From a virus (Duplodnaviria; Caudoviricetes), in IMG/VR virus record IMGVR_UViG_3300029319_007099, positions 1 to 56,373 of that record: 56,373 nucleotides of DNA. One strand, written 5' to 3'. Of the stretch, positions 1-9,775 are shown one piece after another (the first letter of the stretch is position 1; each line of letters begins with the position of its first letter). The notes under the pieces were generated by a model. The model worked only from the letters and a program-made list of their open reading frames with translations. It had not been told where the DNA came from and ran no database searches. Position numbers and translations under genes: made by a program.

Positions 1-1
1 T

Positions 2-487
2 AATTTCTTTGGCACTGAAACAACTACAACAGAGTTTTCCACGCAACGGACACACTTTTTTTCAACACAGCAACCAATATTTGAAGATGCAAGTCCAGGA
101 ACTATAAATCAAGGTGGGTCAAACGCAAGTTATGAGTTCACTCTACCACTACCCACAAATATTTCATACCTTGATATTGTAGGCGTTCATATCAGAGTGA
201 GAGCGAGAACCACTAATGGTGATCCGGCTCAGTTATTTATTTCTCAAGGTGAAGGCATGACAGATGAGAGAGTCTTATCGGAAGTGGATGGAAACGGTGA
301 CGATAATCGTCACGAAAGGTCCTCTCCCTCTTTCATGATATACCCTGCTAAAATAAGCGGTAACGAAGATGCGCTATCATTTACCCTTAGGGGTTCTGGT
401 TCTGGTGCAGGTAAATTCTCGGTATATATTGATGCAATTGATTTCTTAGAAAGGCTAAGTGTTACAAATACGACCATAGGGGGTTAG
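2..487 (+). CDS. Partial (5'-truncated) hypothetical protein, probably virion structural
   Basis: The frame is open from base 2 (NFFGTETTTTEF...) through the listed 197..487 ORF to TAG at 485-487. It is Thr/Ser-rich and lies 3 nt upstream of the next gene. Confidence 0.6.
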   Translation, partial: NFFGTETTTTEFSTQRTHFFSTQQPIFEDASPGTINQGGSNASYEFTLPLPTNISYLDIVGVHIRVRARTTNGDPAQLFISQGEGMTDERVLSEVDGNGDDNRHERSSPSFMIYPAKISGNEDALSFTLRGSGSGAGKFSVYIDAIDFLERLSVTNTTIGG

Positions 488-490
488 TAA

Positions 491-3400
491 GTGGGCGACA
501 TTAATTTCGCTGATTGCTCTTTTGCGGAGCCTGGAACCTTCCCCGACCCAGACGAGGAAAATGAGGATCCCGATGGTGGTGGTACGGTTATCGTTCACCC
601 TGACCCGCCAACACCAGCAGGAGATGTAAAGACTGGCACTTGGCCTCCACCAGACAACGGTGGAGGTGGTGGTGGTCCACCAGATGATATAATTATTGTT
701 GTTCCTCCTAACTTAAAATGTCAGCCACAGGAGGATACCGAACCAATCATTGGTTGCATGGATCCCACTGCTGATAATTATGATCCTGATGCCACCATAC
801 CTTGTGATAATTGTTGTGAGTATGGAGGAGAAGGAGGCGGAGGAGGAGGTCCTACTACAGGTGAAGGGGACCCCACAATTGAAACCCTTTTAAGTGATGT
901 AGAAGTTTTCTCTTTTAACTTTGAGCAGTTTATACCTAGTGATGTTCCTGGGTATGAAGGCACTACAGTTTTTGATTCCACGCTACCAGATCAACCTTTT
1001 TCTATAAATATAGAAACAATTAGTTTAAGCTTTGAGGGTTCTGAAATAAACAGCATTCCTGGAGCAAATATAGTGGGAGAAATAAAAGACTTGCCTAATG
1101 TAGGTGCTGCCACAAACACTCCCTTTTTTCAGATTACTCTTCCTACAACTCCTGAAGCGATTCAGTATTACAAAGACAATGATATCACAGGCACAGTAAG
1201 AGCTAATTTTGATATCGTTTATTTGTCCGATATTCCAGGTGGAGAGGTCGAACTTGTTGAATTACACAGAGACAATGTAGATATAACCACAGCAATAGAG
1301 GTAGAGGTTTTGGGGGATGATCCTCCTGATCCTACAGATCCTGTAATTGAATATCCACAGCCAATGATAATGCACTACAATGCTGATTCTGAGGCGCAAG
1401 AAACATACTCACCCACTCAATGGGATTTAGGTGGTAATGTTGTAGAAAGTTATGTGATTGATGTCATTCCCTCTTACCCAGCGTTCCCACCAGAGGAGAA
1501 GTATTCGCCTGAAGATATCCTTTTTAACGAAGAAACTGGTCAAGTAACATTGTTACCTTTTCAGGGTGATTTATCTGAGCGGTTGCCTGGAGGCATTAGG
1601 ATAACTTTGTTCTTTAGCTTTTCTCAAAGCCAACAATTTGTAATACCACTATTACCTATTTCAGATGCACCCACTGAACCCCAGTTCTCTTATGAAGGTA
1701 CAACAGCAGTTCTTTACTACAACGCACCTTTTGATGCAGAGCCTACGATTGCTATTCCTAGTGTGTGGGATGTAGCGGGAAATGAGGTTTCTTTTGAGGT
1801 TGGACAATTACAGGTTATACCCGCTGGAGATGATGGTGAAGGAAATACATGGCCTTCCGACCCAGGAGATATTCAATCTGCTGAATTGAGTTTTGACCCC
1901 ATAACGGGAGCCATCTCAGTCACACCTTTTACAGGAGCTTTTTCTGTCGGTAATCTTCCTGGAGATAGTATATCGGTTATTATTTTCTGGTCAACATCAG
2001 ATGGAGAATACTCTGACACCATAGTTACAGAGGTTCCTTTGGCGTTAGCTGAGTGGCCTGGAAGTAATTTAGCCTTTACGGCGGGAGGAGGTCAAGGAAA
2101 CACTTTAGTGCAGAATCCTGTGACAGGTGGCAGAATTAACATACCTAACACTTACTTAACTCAAAATAGAAATCAACAAAACATAACCCCTGTTGCAAGA
2201 GTGGGTCGAAGGAATGGAGGCGTAACGAGATCGAATGTTGTTGTAAAAGCTAGACCGTTATCAACGGAAGCACAAATTAGAAAGTTAAAATCTTCTGCTT
2301 TTACGAACGGTATAACCTCTCAAAACTTTACATTTTATCAAACCTTTGTTCCATCCCCTTTCCTATCAGAGAACCTTGGGACAACAGGAGTTGATCTTTT
2401 TTCAGGTAAAGAAGATTTCACAATTAGGGCGATACAAGAAATAAACAGAAACCCACAGTTATACGAAGATTTTGCTTATAATTCAATAACAAGCAAGAAA
2501 GTTGAGGACTCTTTTAGTGAGCCAGTGAAAGCATTACTGCAAGGAAAAGTTTTTTCTGATGGAAGACCTTTAGCTAAAGTTCTCTCATCTGCGGTAAAAG
2601 ACGCTTTAATTTTTGACGAGGAGAAACTGTTTAATTTAAACAGCATACAGCAATTAACAGAGTCAGGCCAGTTCAGCACTGTTGAAATATATAAACGATC
2701 TTCCTCTGCTCTAAACCAAAGAGATGCGGTAAATTTATTAATTAATAATTCTCTTCCATTAGATCCCAATGAGTACAACATAAAAAATAAAAATAGGCTG
2801 TTGAACTGGAAAATCTTAGCAGAGGACATCGACAAAAGAGTTGTATACAAAAAGTCCGATTTAACAGAGACAAATATTTACTTGCCTAATGCAGAGACAT
2901 TAACTGTTGTTGATTCCACAGGCACCTCACATACAATAGATATGCAAGATGGTGATTACTTCTCTGTTGATACAGTAGATTCTGTTGATCGACTAACTGT
3001 TTTTTCTGATCGTGATAAAGCTAAAATTCTAAACTTGCAGGATACATCAAGGGCTTTTAATTTATGTAATAAAACCTATAAAATAGATATCTCTTGTAGC
3101 ACTCCTCCATCATCCTTGGTTGAATTATCTGTTGATTTGAACACTCCTCGTCAAGATTATTACATACTAACTTTAGATAAGACATCAATAGTAGATCAAG
3201 TATCCACAGACCCACTATTCAAAAGCACTAAAGCCACTTACAATTATGTAACAGACACGGCAACAATAGATGATTACATTAAAAATAAAGTGTTTCCGCA
3301 TTTTACAGTGATGATTAGGGATGATGATATGTTCATCAACCACTTGGAGGCTGGCGCATCAGTTACAGCATCTTTTCAAGATCTATCTTTGGATAATTAT

Positions 3401-4138
3401 TCTAACACTCCTGATGATGTTTATGTTAGAAGAATACCTTGGTTCTTTGTGATTGTGCCATCAGATAAAACTAGTGAAGTTTTTAGCCATAGAAGATCTA
3501 AATTTGAAGATTTTAATACAAGAGTTCTTTCGGTAGTTCCTGCCCCGCAAGTAAAAAATCACAGCACAGGAACATGGGCTCAACAATTTATTAGTGAAAC
3601 AGTCGTTACTGAAGGTGGCGTAAACTTTGGAGTAGATATAAGAGATGGAGTTATATATCAAGAGAACAGGGAATACTCTATTAATTATACAGCTTTAAAT
3701 GATTTTGATAACTATACAACAGGAGCACCAACAGTTCCTAGAAAGAGATTACCTGTAAATGAAACTTTGCTTGAGGTGTGCTCAATAAAAACAGATTTTA
3801 GTTTAGGAGAGCGTGATTCCATGTCTTTCTATGATTTGTATACAAGATTAAAACCAAGTGTTTTTAGATCTTTAGGTAATGACACAAATAATTTGGATAC
3901 TTTTAAAAATAACCTGACAAGAAATACTGTATCTACAGACAAAGATGTAAACGACACTTACTTTGTTAAAGTTAAAGAGTTGTCCAATATATCAAATAAG
4001 ACACCTACTGTCTTGTCTGATGATGACGCAACAACAACAGTAAGCATATTCAGCAAAAGTAAAACAACCGCAGAGGATGTGGGTGCCGCTGCTCCCGCGC
4101 CTGAGGATCGTAGTGGTGATATAGGAGGCATTGGTTAA
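491..4138 (+). CDS. Large acidic Pro/Gly-rich protein (1215 aa), putative virion/tail-associated
   Basis: Long ORF with an N-terminal Pro/Gly/Asp low-complexity region, a GCMDPTADNYDPDATIPCDNCCEY motif and beta-rich segments. It sits directly before the PAAR gene and the head module. Confidence 0.55.
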   Translation: MGDINFADCSFAEPGTFPDPDEENEDPDGGGTVIVHPDPPTPAGDVKTGTWPPPDNGGGGGGPPDDIIIVVPPNLKCQPQEDTEPIIGCMDPTADNYDPDATIPCDNCCEYGGEGGGGGGPTTGEGDPTIETLLSDVEVFSFNFEQFIPSDVPGYEGTTVFDSTLPDQPFSINIETISLSFEGSEINSIPGANIVGEIKDLPNVGAATNTPFFQITLPTTPEAIQYYKDNDITGTVRANFDIVYLSDIPGGEVELVELHRDNVDITTAIEVEVLGDDPPDPTDPVIEYPQPMIMHYNADSEAQETYSPTQWDLGGNVVESYVIDVIPSYPAFPPEEKYSPEDILFNEETGQVTLLPFQGDLSERLPGGIRITLFFSFSQSQQFVIPLLPISDAPTEPQFSYEGTTAVLYYNAPFDAEPTIAIPSVWDVAGNEVSFEVGQLQVIPAGDDGEGNTWPSDPGDIQSAELSFDPITGAISVTPFTGAFSVGNLPGDSISVIIFWSTSDGEYSDTIVTEVPLALAEWPGSNLAFTAGGGQGNTLVQNPVTGGRINIPNTYLTQNRNQQNITPVARVGRRNGGVTRSNVVVKARPLSTEAQIRKLKSSAFTNGITSQNFTFYQTFVPSPFLSENLGTTGVDLFSGKEDFTIRAIQEINRNPQLYEDFAYNSITSKKVEDSFSEPVKALLQGKVFSDGRPLAKVLSSAVKDALIFDEEKLFNLNSIQQLTESGQFSTVEIYKRSSSALNQRDAVNLLINNSLPLDPNEYNIKNKNRLLNWKILAEDIDKRVVYKKSDLTETNIYLPNAETLTVVDSTGTSHTIDMQDGDYFSVDTVDSVDRLTVFSDRDKAKILNLQDTSRAFNLCNKTYKIDISCSTPPSSLVELSVDLNTPRQDYYILTLDKTSIVDQVSTDPLFKSTKATYNYVTDTATIDDYIKNKVFPHFTVMIRDDDMFINHLEAGASVTASFQDLSLDNYSNTPDDVYVRRIPWFFVIVPSDKTSEVFSHRRSKFEDFNTRVLSVVPAPQVKNHSTGTWAQQFISETVVTEGGVNFGVDIRDGVIYQENREYSINYTALNDFDNYTTGAPTVPRKRLPVNETLLEVCSIKTDFSLGERDSMSFYDLYTRLKPSVFRSLGNDTNNLDTFKNNLTRNTVSTDKDVNDTYFVKVKELSNISNKTPTVLSDDDATTTVSIFSKSKTTAEDVGAAAPAPEDRSGDIGGIG

Positions 4139-4140
4139 TT

Positions 4141-4875
4141 ATGGCTTTTATATTGTTGGAGGGTGATACAGGTGATGGAGTTTGTTTGTCTCCTGAGCAT
4201 AATGTTCTTGGTATTCAGGTGCCGACAAACGCAACTACAGTATTTGATGATATTTTAGCTAAAAATACAGAAATAGGTAATCGGCCTATAGTCTTACGAG
4301 ATTCAAAAGGAACAGCCACATGTGGACATACAACAACAGCTACTACAGGAACCACAGCAGCAGCAGGTAGAGTTTTTTGTGAAAATAAAGGTGTTCATTG
4401 CGATACTATTGAATTTGGAACAGGGGTTTTTGATCAGGGTGGTAACTACATCGCAAATCAGGCGACTAATTTTAGTGTTCTTGTGAACGGTAGTGGTTTT
4501 CCACCCAAAATTCAAGGAGTGGTTGCCACTGAATCTTTACCTCGCCCCTTCCAAGCTCAGTCTGAAGGCACAGAAGGGTTTGATTTTGAGATTTATGGTA
4601 AAAACCTATTACTTTTTGGTGTGCCTATAGTTAGATTTGGTTCGGAAACTCTAAACTTAGAGGATATGTTGCTTATTCCTACCGATCCAATCACAGGAAT
4701 TTCTACAGGCCCTTTAAGTTATTCTAGAAGTAATCAAATACTGTCTTTCCCTTATGAGAGAATACTTTTTTCTGTTCCTGCGGGAGAGGAAGGCACTAGA
4801 GTTTCAGTGGCAGTTCAAACAACGGAGGGTCAGGATCGTATTAGAAATGTTTTTGAGTATACTGAGCAGAATTAA
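4141..4875 (+). CDS. PAAR-like spike-tip domain fused to a C-terminal IPT/TIG (Ig-like) domain
   Basis: N-terminus GDTGDGVC..H...IGNRPIVLRDSKGTATCGH...RVFCENKGVH follows the PAAR/gp5.4 pattern with Cys/His ligands. C-terminus PPKIQGV..FEIYGKNL..VRFG..FSVPAG..VSVAVQT..FEY follows the IPT/TIG pattern. Confidence 0.6.
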   Translation: MAFILLEGDTGDGVCLSPEHNVLGIQVPTNATTVFDDILAKNTEIGNRPIVLRDSKGTATCGHTTTATTGTTAAAGRVFCENKGVHCDTIEFGTGVFDQGGNYIANQATNFSVLVNGSGFPPKIQGVVATESLPRPFQAQSEGTEGFDFEIYGKNLLLFGVPIVRFGSETLNLEDMLLIPTDPITGISTGPLSYSRSNQILSFPYERILFSVPAGEEGTRVSVAVQTTEGQDRIRNVFEYTEQN

Positions 4876-4900
4876 TTTTTTTTGGCCCTTAGTGTCGAAC

Positions 4901-4916
4901 ATGAGTAAATACTCGT
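4901..4916 (+). promoter_or_regulatory. Putative late promoter (TAAATA at 4906-4911) inside a short palindrome
   Basis: ATGAGTAAATACTCGT lies upstream of the head gene block and resembles the T4 gp55 late -10 element TATAAATA. Confidence 0.5.
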
Positions 4917-4960
4917 AGAGGGTTTTCGCCCTTATTCAATAATAACGGAGTTATAATATT

Positions 4961-5461
4961 ATGGATTTTAGTCAGAATGTAGACAAGGAATTTGTCAACA
5001 GTATTCTTGAAAGTTCACTTTGGCAGAAAGCCAATGTTGAAGTAAAGAAAAGTGAAGTTGTTAGCGAAGAAGCTAATGAGGGCGAGATTGAAGTCGTTGA
5101 TGAGTACCAGGATGGTCTCGCAAACGAATACGATGAGCCCACCACCATAGATGATGGTGACACAGATTACTCAGAGGATTCATTTACTTTGGACGATCTT
5201 CAGTATGTTCTTGATAACTTAGAGGACGAGGATCTCATGGAACACGCCATGAACATGCTTGATGTTTTTGATGTGGCTTATGAGCAGCTTTCTGAGGACT
5301 CTGATGAAGAGTATGAAGAGGATGTCGAGGAAGACGAGGAGGACGAAGACGCTGATGAGCTTGAGGAGAACATTGAAAAGGGTTACGGCGCTGGTGCCCC
5401 TCCTCATAGTGCAGCAGCCAAAAAGATTCACAAGAAGCGCATGATGCGTAAGAAGAAGTGA
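4961..5461 (+). CDS. Highly acidic protein with basic tail, putative prohead core protein (gp67-like role)
   Basis: Asp/Glu-rich with several L/I-x-E motifs; GGAG RBS; located upstream of the prohead protease. Confidence 0.5.
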   Translation: MDFSQNVDKEFVNSILESSLWQKANVEVKKSEVVSEEANEGEIEVVDEYQDGLANEYDEPTTIDDGDTDYSEDSFTLDDLQYVLDNLEDEDLMEHAMNMLDVFDVAYEQLSEDSDEEYEEDVEEDEEDEDADELEENIEKGYGAGAPPHSAAAKKIHKKRMMRKKK

Positions 5462-5925
5462 GCATGAACGAAATAGATATTGCAAGCTTCGCTGAAAGTC
5501 TTTTAGAAGAAGAAGTATCTAAGGGAAAGCCTGTGCAGTTCGCCGCTGCACAGGCTCCCGATGCTCCTGATGTATCAGATGTTCAGGTTTCTCACGATTT
5601 TGCATCTCAAATTTTAACCGAAAGTTTTTCGGTTGCTCCAACCCAAAGACCTGTTGCTAAGGTTGCACCAAAAGTTGAGGAGCCTAAGCCAGAGCGTATT
5701 AATGAAGAAAGCGTCTACAAGCAACATCTTTTAAACGAATACAAAAAGAAGGTCGATGATTTGAAGGAGTTAGTTTCAATTATGGAGTCTTTAGGTATCG
5801 TAGGCACTGGTGCTGCGACAGGAGCGACTTTTACCACTTCTCTAGGAACAGGTCCTATGGGTGGAAAAAAAGCAAAGAAAAAGAAACAAAGAAAACAGCA
5901 TGTCCCTGGTAGATATAGTCGCTGA
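5458..5925 (+). CDS. Hypothetical protein, putative prohead-associated
   Basis: Overlaps the previous stop (GTGA); LLE/LTE/INE motifs and a basic C-terminus; within the head module. Confidence 0.5.
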   Translation: MSMNEIDIASFAESLLEEEVSKGKPVQFAAAQAPDAPDVSDVQVSHDFASQILTESFSVAPTQRPVAKVAPKVEEPKPERINEESVYKQHLLNEYKKKVDDLKELVSIMESLGIVGTGAATGATFTTSLGTGPMGGKKAKKKKQRKQHVPGRYSR

Positions 5926-6271
5926 ATCAAAAGCTAGGCCTTCAAAAAGAGGATCTTACCACACCTTAAAAGATGGTGTGGTATCATCCAAAAAATCTAA
6001 GGTTATAAATTATCCAAGTATAAAGGTGGCTTTGAGAAGAGGCTATCCAGGGCAGATTTTTTCTACAAAAGGTGCAGCGAGGCTTTATGTTATAAGCAAG
6101 GCTGGTTGGGGTAAGAAAAGCTCTGGCAAAATAGCTAAAGGGTTTACTCCTGGTTCGGCAACTCCCTCCGCAAAATGGGATAGCATCAAGGGACACTCAG
6201 TAAGAACCATGAAAAAACACGGGAAACAACGGTCCCGAAAATTTGAAAAATACAAGGTAAAGAAAAAATGA
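5900..6271 (+). CDS. Very basic small protein, putative prohead core/DNA-binding (gp68-like position)
   Basis: Lys/Arg-rich; ATG at 5900 (MSLVDIVAE) is preferred; overlaps the start of gp21. Confidence 0.5.
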   Translation: MSLVDIVAESKARPSKRGSYHTLKDGVVSSKKSKVINYPSIKVALRRGYPGQIFSTKGAARLYVISKAGWGKKSSGKIAKGFTPGSATPSAKWDSIKGHSVRTMKKHGKQRSRKFEKYKVKKK

Positions 6272-7134
6272 TTTTAACAGATACATTTATTGTAGAAAGA
6301 GCCGAACTGATAACAGAAAACAGGGGAGGCAAAAAAACTCCAATCTTAAGAGGGGTTTTTGGTCGTTGTGAGGAGAAGAACAACAACGGCAGAGTTTATT
6401 CTAAAAACATTTTAGAAAGAGAAGTAAAAAGAATTGGCGATGCCATGACTGAGAGAAGATTACTTGGTGAGTTAGATCACCCAAGCCATGATTCAGTTAA
6501 ATTAACCAATGTATCTCACTTAATTACAGGCCTTAGTTTTAAAAACAATGAGTTAATAGGCGAGTGTGAGCTTTTAGACACACCCGCAGGTAAAGTTGCT
6601 CAAGCTTTGGTTGAGGGTGGAGTTAAAGTAGGTATTTCATCCAGAGGCATGGGAACTCTTTCGGAGGAGGCAGACGGAACCAAGAGGGTTAACGAAGATT
6701 TTAGATTAGTGACCTTTGATCTTGTCGCTGATCCCTCAACTAGGGGTGCGTTCCCTGGTATATCTGAGTCTTCTCAATCAGGTTTGGTTGATGAAATCGT
6801 AAAGGACACACTTGATAAGGCAGCAAGGGAAAAAGTTTTCACTACTTTACTTAAGGACAAGTTAAGAGAGAAATCTGCTGAGTTTGCCACTCAAGACCCA
6901 GGCCCTATGGCAAAAGGTAAGCCTGAACTAGTTAAGCAAAATAAAAAGAAGCCTAGTGTTGAAGAGCCTTTCCGCAACTGGGAGGATTTTTATGGAGCTT
7001 ATACTGGGAAACCTAGGGCGAAAAGAACCCGAGGCTACCAGGACTTTGATAGTGTAACAGAGCCAGCAGAAGTTTATGAAAATAAGTTTGCTGCTTTGAA
7101 AGGTATTTTAACAGAAAACTTTAGAAAAAATTAA
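6268..7134 (+). CDS. gp21: Prohead core protease (T4 gp21-like)
   Basis: Motifs NNNGRVY, LGELDHP, VGISSRGMG and FDLVADPST. Confidence 0.95.
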   Translation: MILTDTFIVERAELITENRGGKKTPILRGVFGRCEEKNNNGRVYSKNILEREVKRIGDAMTERRLLGELDHPSHDSVKLTNVSHLITGLSFKNNELIGECELLDTPAGKVAQALVEGGVKVGISSRGMGTLSEEADGTKRVNEDFRLVTFDLVADPSTRGAFPGISESSQSGLVDEIVKDTLDKAAREKVFTTLLKDKLREKSAEFATQDPGPMAKGKPELVKQNKKKPSVEEPFRNWEDFYGAYTGKPRAKRTRGYQDFDSVTEPAEVYENKFAALKGILTENFRKN

Positions 7135-7153
7135 CCTCTTTTTTTTAGGGGTG

Positions 7154-7159
7154 TACATA
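7154..7159 (+). promoter_or_regulatory. Putative late promoter variant TACATA
   Basis: Intergenic, upstream of the GGAG RBS of the scaffold gene; fits the TANATA pattern seen before other structural genes. Confidence 0.35.
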
Positions 7160-7181
7160 CTTATAGACACGGAGTTTAAAT

Positions 7182-7808
7182 ATGAGTAAATTCGATAGTA
7201 TTTCACAACTTCTCCCTGAGGGGCTAACCGAGGAGACCGTTTCTGAGATCGCCACCCTCGTCAATGAGGTTATTTCAGAGGAAGTTGAGAACAAAGTAAA
7301 AGATTTAGAAAACAAAGTTCATGGTTTTCTTCGTATGAAAATTGACGAAGTAAAGTCTCACGCCATGGCTGAACTTGAGCAAGAAAACGAGACCTTCAAG
7401 AACGCCCGTATCTTTGAATCACTTAAGGCTTTGATGGCTTTAGAGCTTAACGCTGATGATGAGGATAATGCAATCTCACAAACCAGGAAAGAGTTTGATG
7501 AAGTTCAAGAAGAAAATGATGTTCTCGTTAGAGAATTAAACTCAGCTTTAACTGAGTGCTCAAAGTTAGAAAATACCTTAAGAGTTTTATCTGAGAAGAT
7601 TGAGATTCTTGAGGAAGAAAAGGAAAACCTTCATGAATCCGTTGTGGTTCTAGAGGAATCCGCTAGGCTACCTTTTGAAAGTAATGAAAAGGCAGTCGTT
7701 ATCTCTGAGCAAGTAGATGAAGAGATAACACAAGAAACAGTTGAACCTCATGATGGTAATGAGTTTATCAACGAAGATATGATGGCTTTTATGCCCTTTA
7801 AAAAATAA
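7182..7808 (+). CDS. gp22: Prohead scaffold protein (T4 gp22-like)
   Basis: Acidic coiled coil with many L/I-x-E sites, between the protease and the major capsid gene. Confidence 0.8.
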   Translation: MSKFDSISQLLPEGLTEETVSEIATLVNEVISEEVENKVKDLENKVHGFLRMKIDEVKSHAMAELEQENETFKNARIFESLKALMALELNADDEDNAISQTRKEFDEVQEENDVLVRELNSALTECSKLENTLRVLSEKIEILEEEKENLHESVVVLEESARLPFESNEKAVVISEQVDEEITQETVEPHDGNEFINEDMMAFMPFKK

Positions 7809-7824
7809 TTGGAGATTATAAAAA

Positions 7825-9453
7825 ATGGAAATTAATGTGACTGGCGATGTCGCCAATGAAACAGTCCAAAAATGGTCTCCTGTATTAGAAGGAATAGAAA
7901 GCGAGTATACAAAGAGAGTTACTGCACAACTTTTAGAGAACCAAGCAAAGGCAATCATCTCCGAGAAAGTTCGGATGGATGAGGATGTTGCTCAGGGTAT
8001 CGGTGGCACCACAACCACCACACGCCTTGGTGCTTTCCAGAAGTTTGCATTCCCTCTCGTTCGTCGCGTCTATCCTGAGCTAATCGCCAACAACATCGTT
8101 GGAGTTCAGCCTATGCAGGGTCCTGTTTCCCAGATTTTCTATCTAGGAAACTCTCGTAGAGATGGGCTTGCTGGTACACCCGAGCAAGCAATTTACAGTA
8201 AGTACAACCTCACCTATAGAGGTCTTACTGCTGGTCAGATCATGGCAAGTGGTACTGGTAACTATCAAACTGATGGTACTGCCACTGGTCCTGGCCTTCC
8301 TGATGGTGCTCCTGGTGTTGGCTTCGATGTAAGTGACATCATGAACGCTACCTCTGGTGCCCCCTCAACCACCATCGGCGGTAAGATCGCTGATTTCCCA
8401 ACACCTGGGAAAATGCGTGGTCTCGCTACTGGCCCTGCAAGCCTCTTAGGCTTCAATGTTTCGGCTGGTGAGCGTCTTGAGGGTTCTGGCATCCCAGAGA
8501 TGATGTTCAACATTGAGCAGCAGCCAGTAGCCGCCCGTACCCGTAAGATGAGAGCCCTTTGGACTCTTGAGGCTTCTCAAGACCTTCGCGCTTATCACAA
8601 CCTTGACCTTGAGCAAGAGCTTACCGACCTTCTTGGTAAGGAGCTTCGCCTTGAGATCGACCGTGAGATCGTTGAAGACCTTAGAATGCTTGCTTACGGT
8701 ATCAACAAGATTGGCGAGTACGGCGACTCTGGTAACGACACCTTCTGGAACGCAAGAAACCTTGATCAGTCTTACGCAGGGGACACAGGAACTAACTTCA
8801 AGTTCGAGCCTGATTTCACTGGTGCAAGCAGCATGGACTACGATTTCACTGGTCGTTACACCCACAACAAGCCTAAGGATTACGACAATGTTTTCCTTAT
8901 TGATTTCTCTGACTCAACTCTTGGTTTCGCACCACAGCATGTTGGTCATGTTTATGCTAACCTAATGGCACTTTGCCATAGGGCAGCAACCGATATCTAC
9001 AAGTCCACCCTTCGTGGTCCTGGCAACTTCATCGTCACCTCCCCCACCGTTGCAGCCATGCTTCACGCAGCCGCACGAATGGAAGGTGGTGTCCAGAATG
9101 TTGACGGTCCCACAAACATGAATGGTGCCCGTGTTGAGTATCGTGGTAAGCTTGGTGGTCAATTCGACCTCTATGTTGATCCTCTTTATCCTGAGGACGA
9201 GATCATGGTTGGTTACAAAGGTGCCAATGCTATGGATTCTGGTTATGTGTATGCCCCATACATCCCACTCCAGCAGACACCCACCATCACCGACCCTGAG
9301 ACTTTCCAACCCAGAAAGGGTATCATCACCCGTTACGGTAAGGCAGCAGTTGCTCCCGCATCAAGATTCTACAGAATCATTAGATTGATCGGCCCAACCG
9401 CCAACTACCTCTTCACACCATTCGTCGCTGTGAAGAACAACTCCTGGGCATAA
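7825..9453 (+). CDS. gp23: Major capsid protein (T4 gp23-like)
   Basis: Motifs KWSPVLEG, LLENQ, PLVRR, GVQPMQGP, ARTRKMRALWTLEASQDL, LEIDRE, YAPYIPL and FQPRKGIITRYG. Confidence 0.97.
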   Translation: MEINVTGDVANETVQKWSPVLEGIESEYTKRVTAQLLENQAKAIISEKVRMDEDVAQGIGGTTTTTRLGAFQKFAFPLVRRVYPELIANNIVGVQPMQGPVSQIFYLGNSRRDGLAGTPEQAIYSKYNLTYRGLTAGQIMASGTGNYQTDGTATGPGLPDGAPGVGFDVSDIMNATSGAPSTTIGGKIADFPTPGKMRGLATGPASLLGFNVSAGERLEGSGIPEMMFNIEQQPVAARTRKMRALWTLEASQDLRAYHNLDLEQELTDLLGKELRLEIDREIVEDLRMLAYGINKIGEYGDSGNDTFWNARNLDQSYAGDTGTNFKFEPDFTGASSMDYDFTGRYTHNKPKDYDNVFLIDFSDSTLGFAPQHVGHVYANLMALCHRAATDIYKSTLRGPGNFIVTSPTVAAMLHAAARMEGGVQNVDGPTNMNGARVEYRGKLGGQFDLYVDPLYPEDEIMVGYKGANAMDSGYVYAPYIPLQQTPTITDPETFQPRKGIITRYGKAAVAPASRFYRIIRLIGPTANYLFTPFVAVKNNSWA

Positions 9454-9475
9454 TATTCTTTAGGATATTTTTAAA

Positions 9476-9515
9476 AAGGGTGGGGGAACTTTTCCCCCAC
9501 CCTTCTTTCTTTTTT
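9476..9515 (+). terminator. Rho-independent terminator after the major capsid gene
   Basis: 13-bp stem AAGGGTGGGGGAA/TTCCCCCACCCTT, 3-nt loop, T-rich tail. Confidence 0.9.
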
Positions 9516-9526
9516 AACTATATATA

Positions 9527-9775
9527 ATGTACAAATATCAAAGCAAATGTAAGTTTAGAATGCTAACTACTATAGGAGATAAGATAGTAGAGATTAGACC
9601 TAAACAAATCATTGAGTCTTCTGTAAAGGTAGATAACCATTACTTGGTTCCTTTAACAAAGACAAGTGATGTTAATTATAAACCACAAAAGAAACAAGAA
9701 AAGAAGGATATAGATAATGCCAGATTACCAAGTAAACGAAAGAACGACCCCTCAGATACCTCGTCCCAAGCTTAA
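9527..9775 (+). CDS. Hypothetical protein (82 aa)
   Basis: ORF immediately after CTATATA (late-promoter-like); overlaps the neck gene. Confidence 0.55.
   Translation: MYKYQSKCKFRMLTTIGDKIVEIRPKQIIESSVKVDNHYLVPLTKTSDVNYKPQKKQEKKDIDNARLPSKRKNDPSDTSSQA

Noticed and set aside
655-852. GGT/GGA trinucleotide runs
   Set aside because: They encode poly-Gly linkers within the 1215-aa ORF and are not a separate repeat element.
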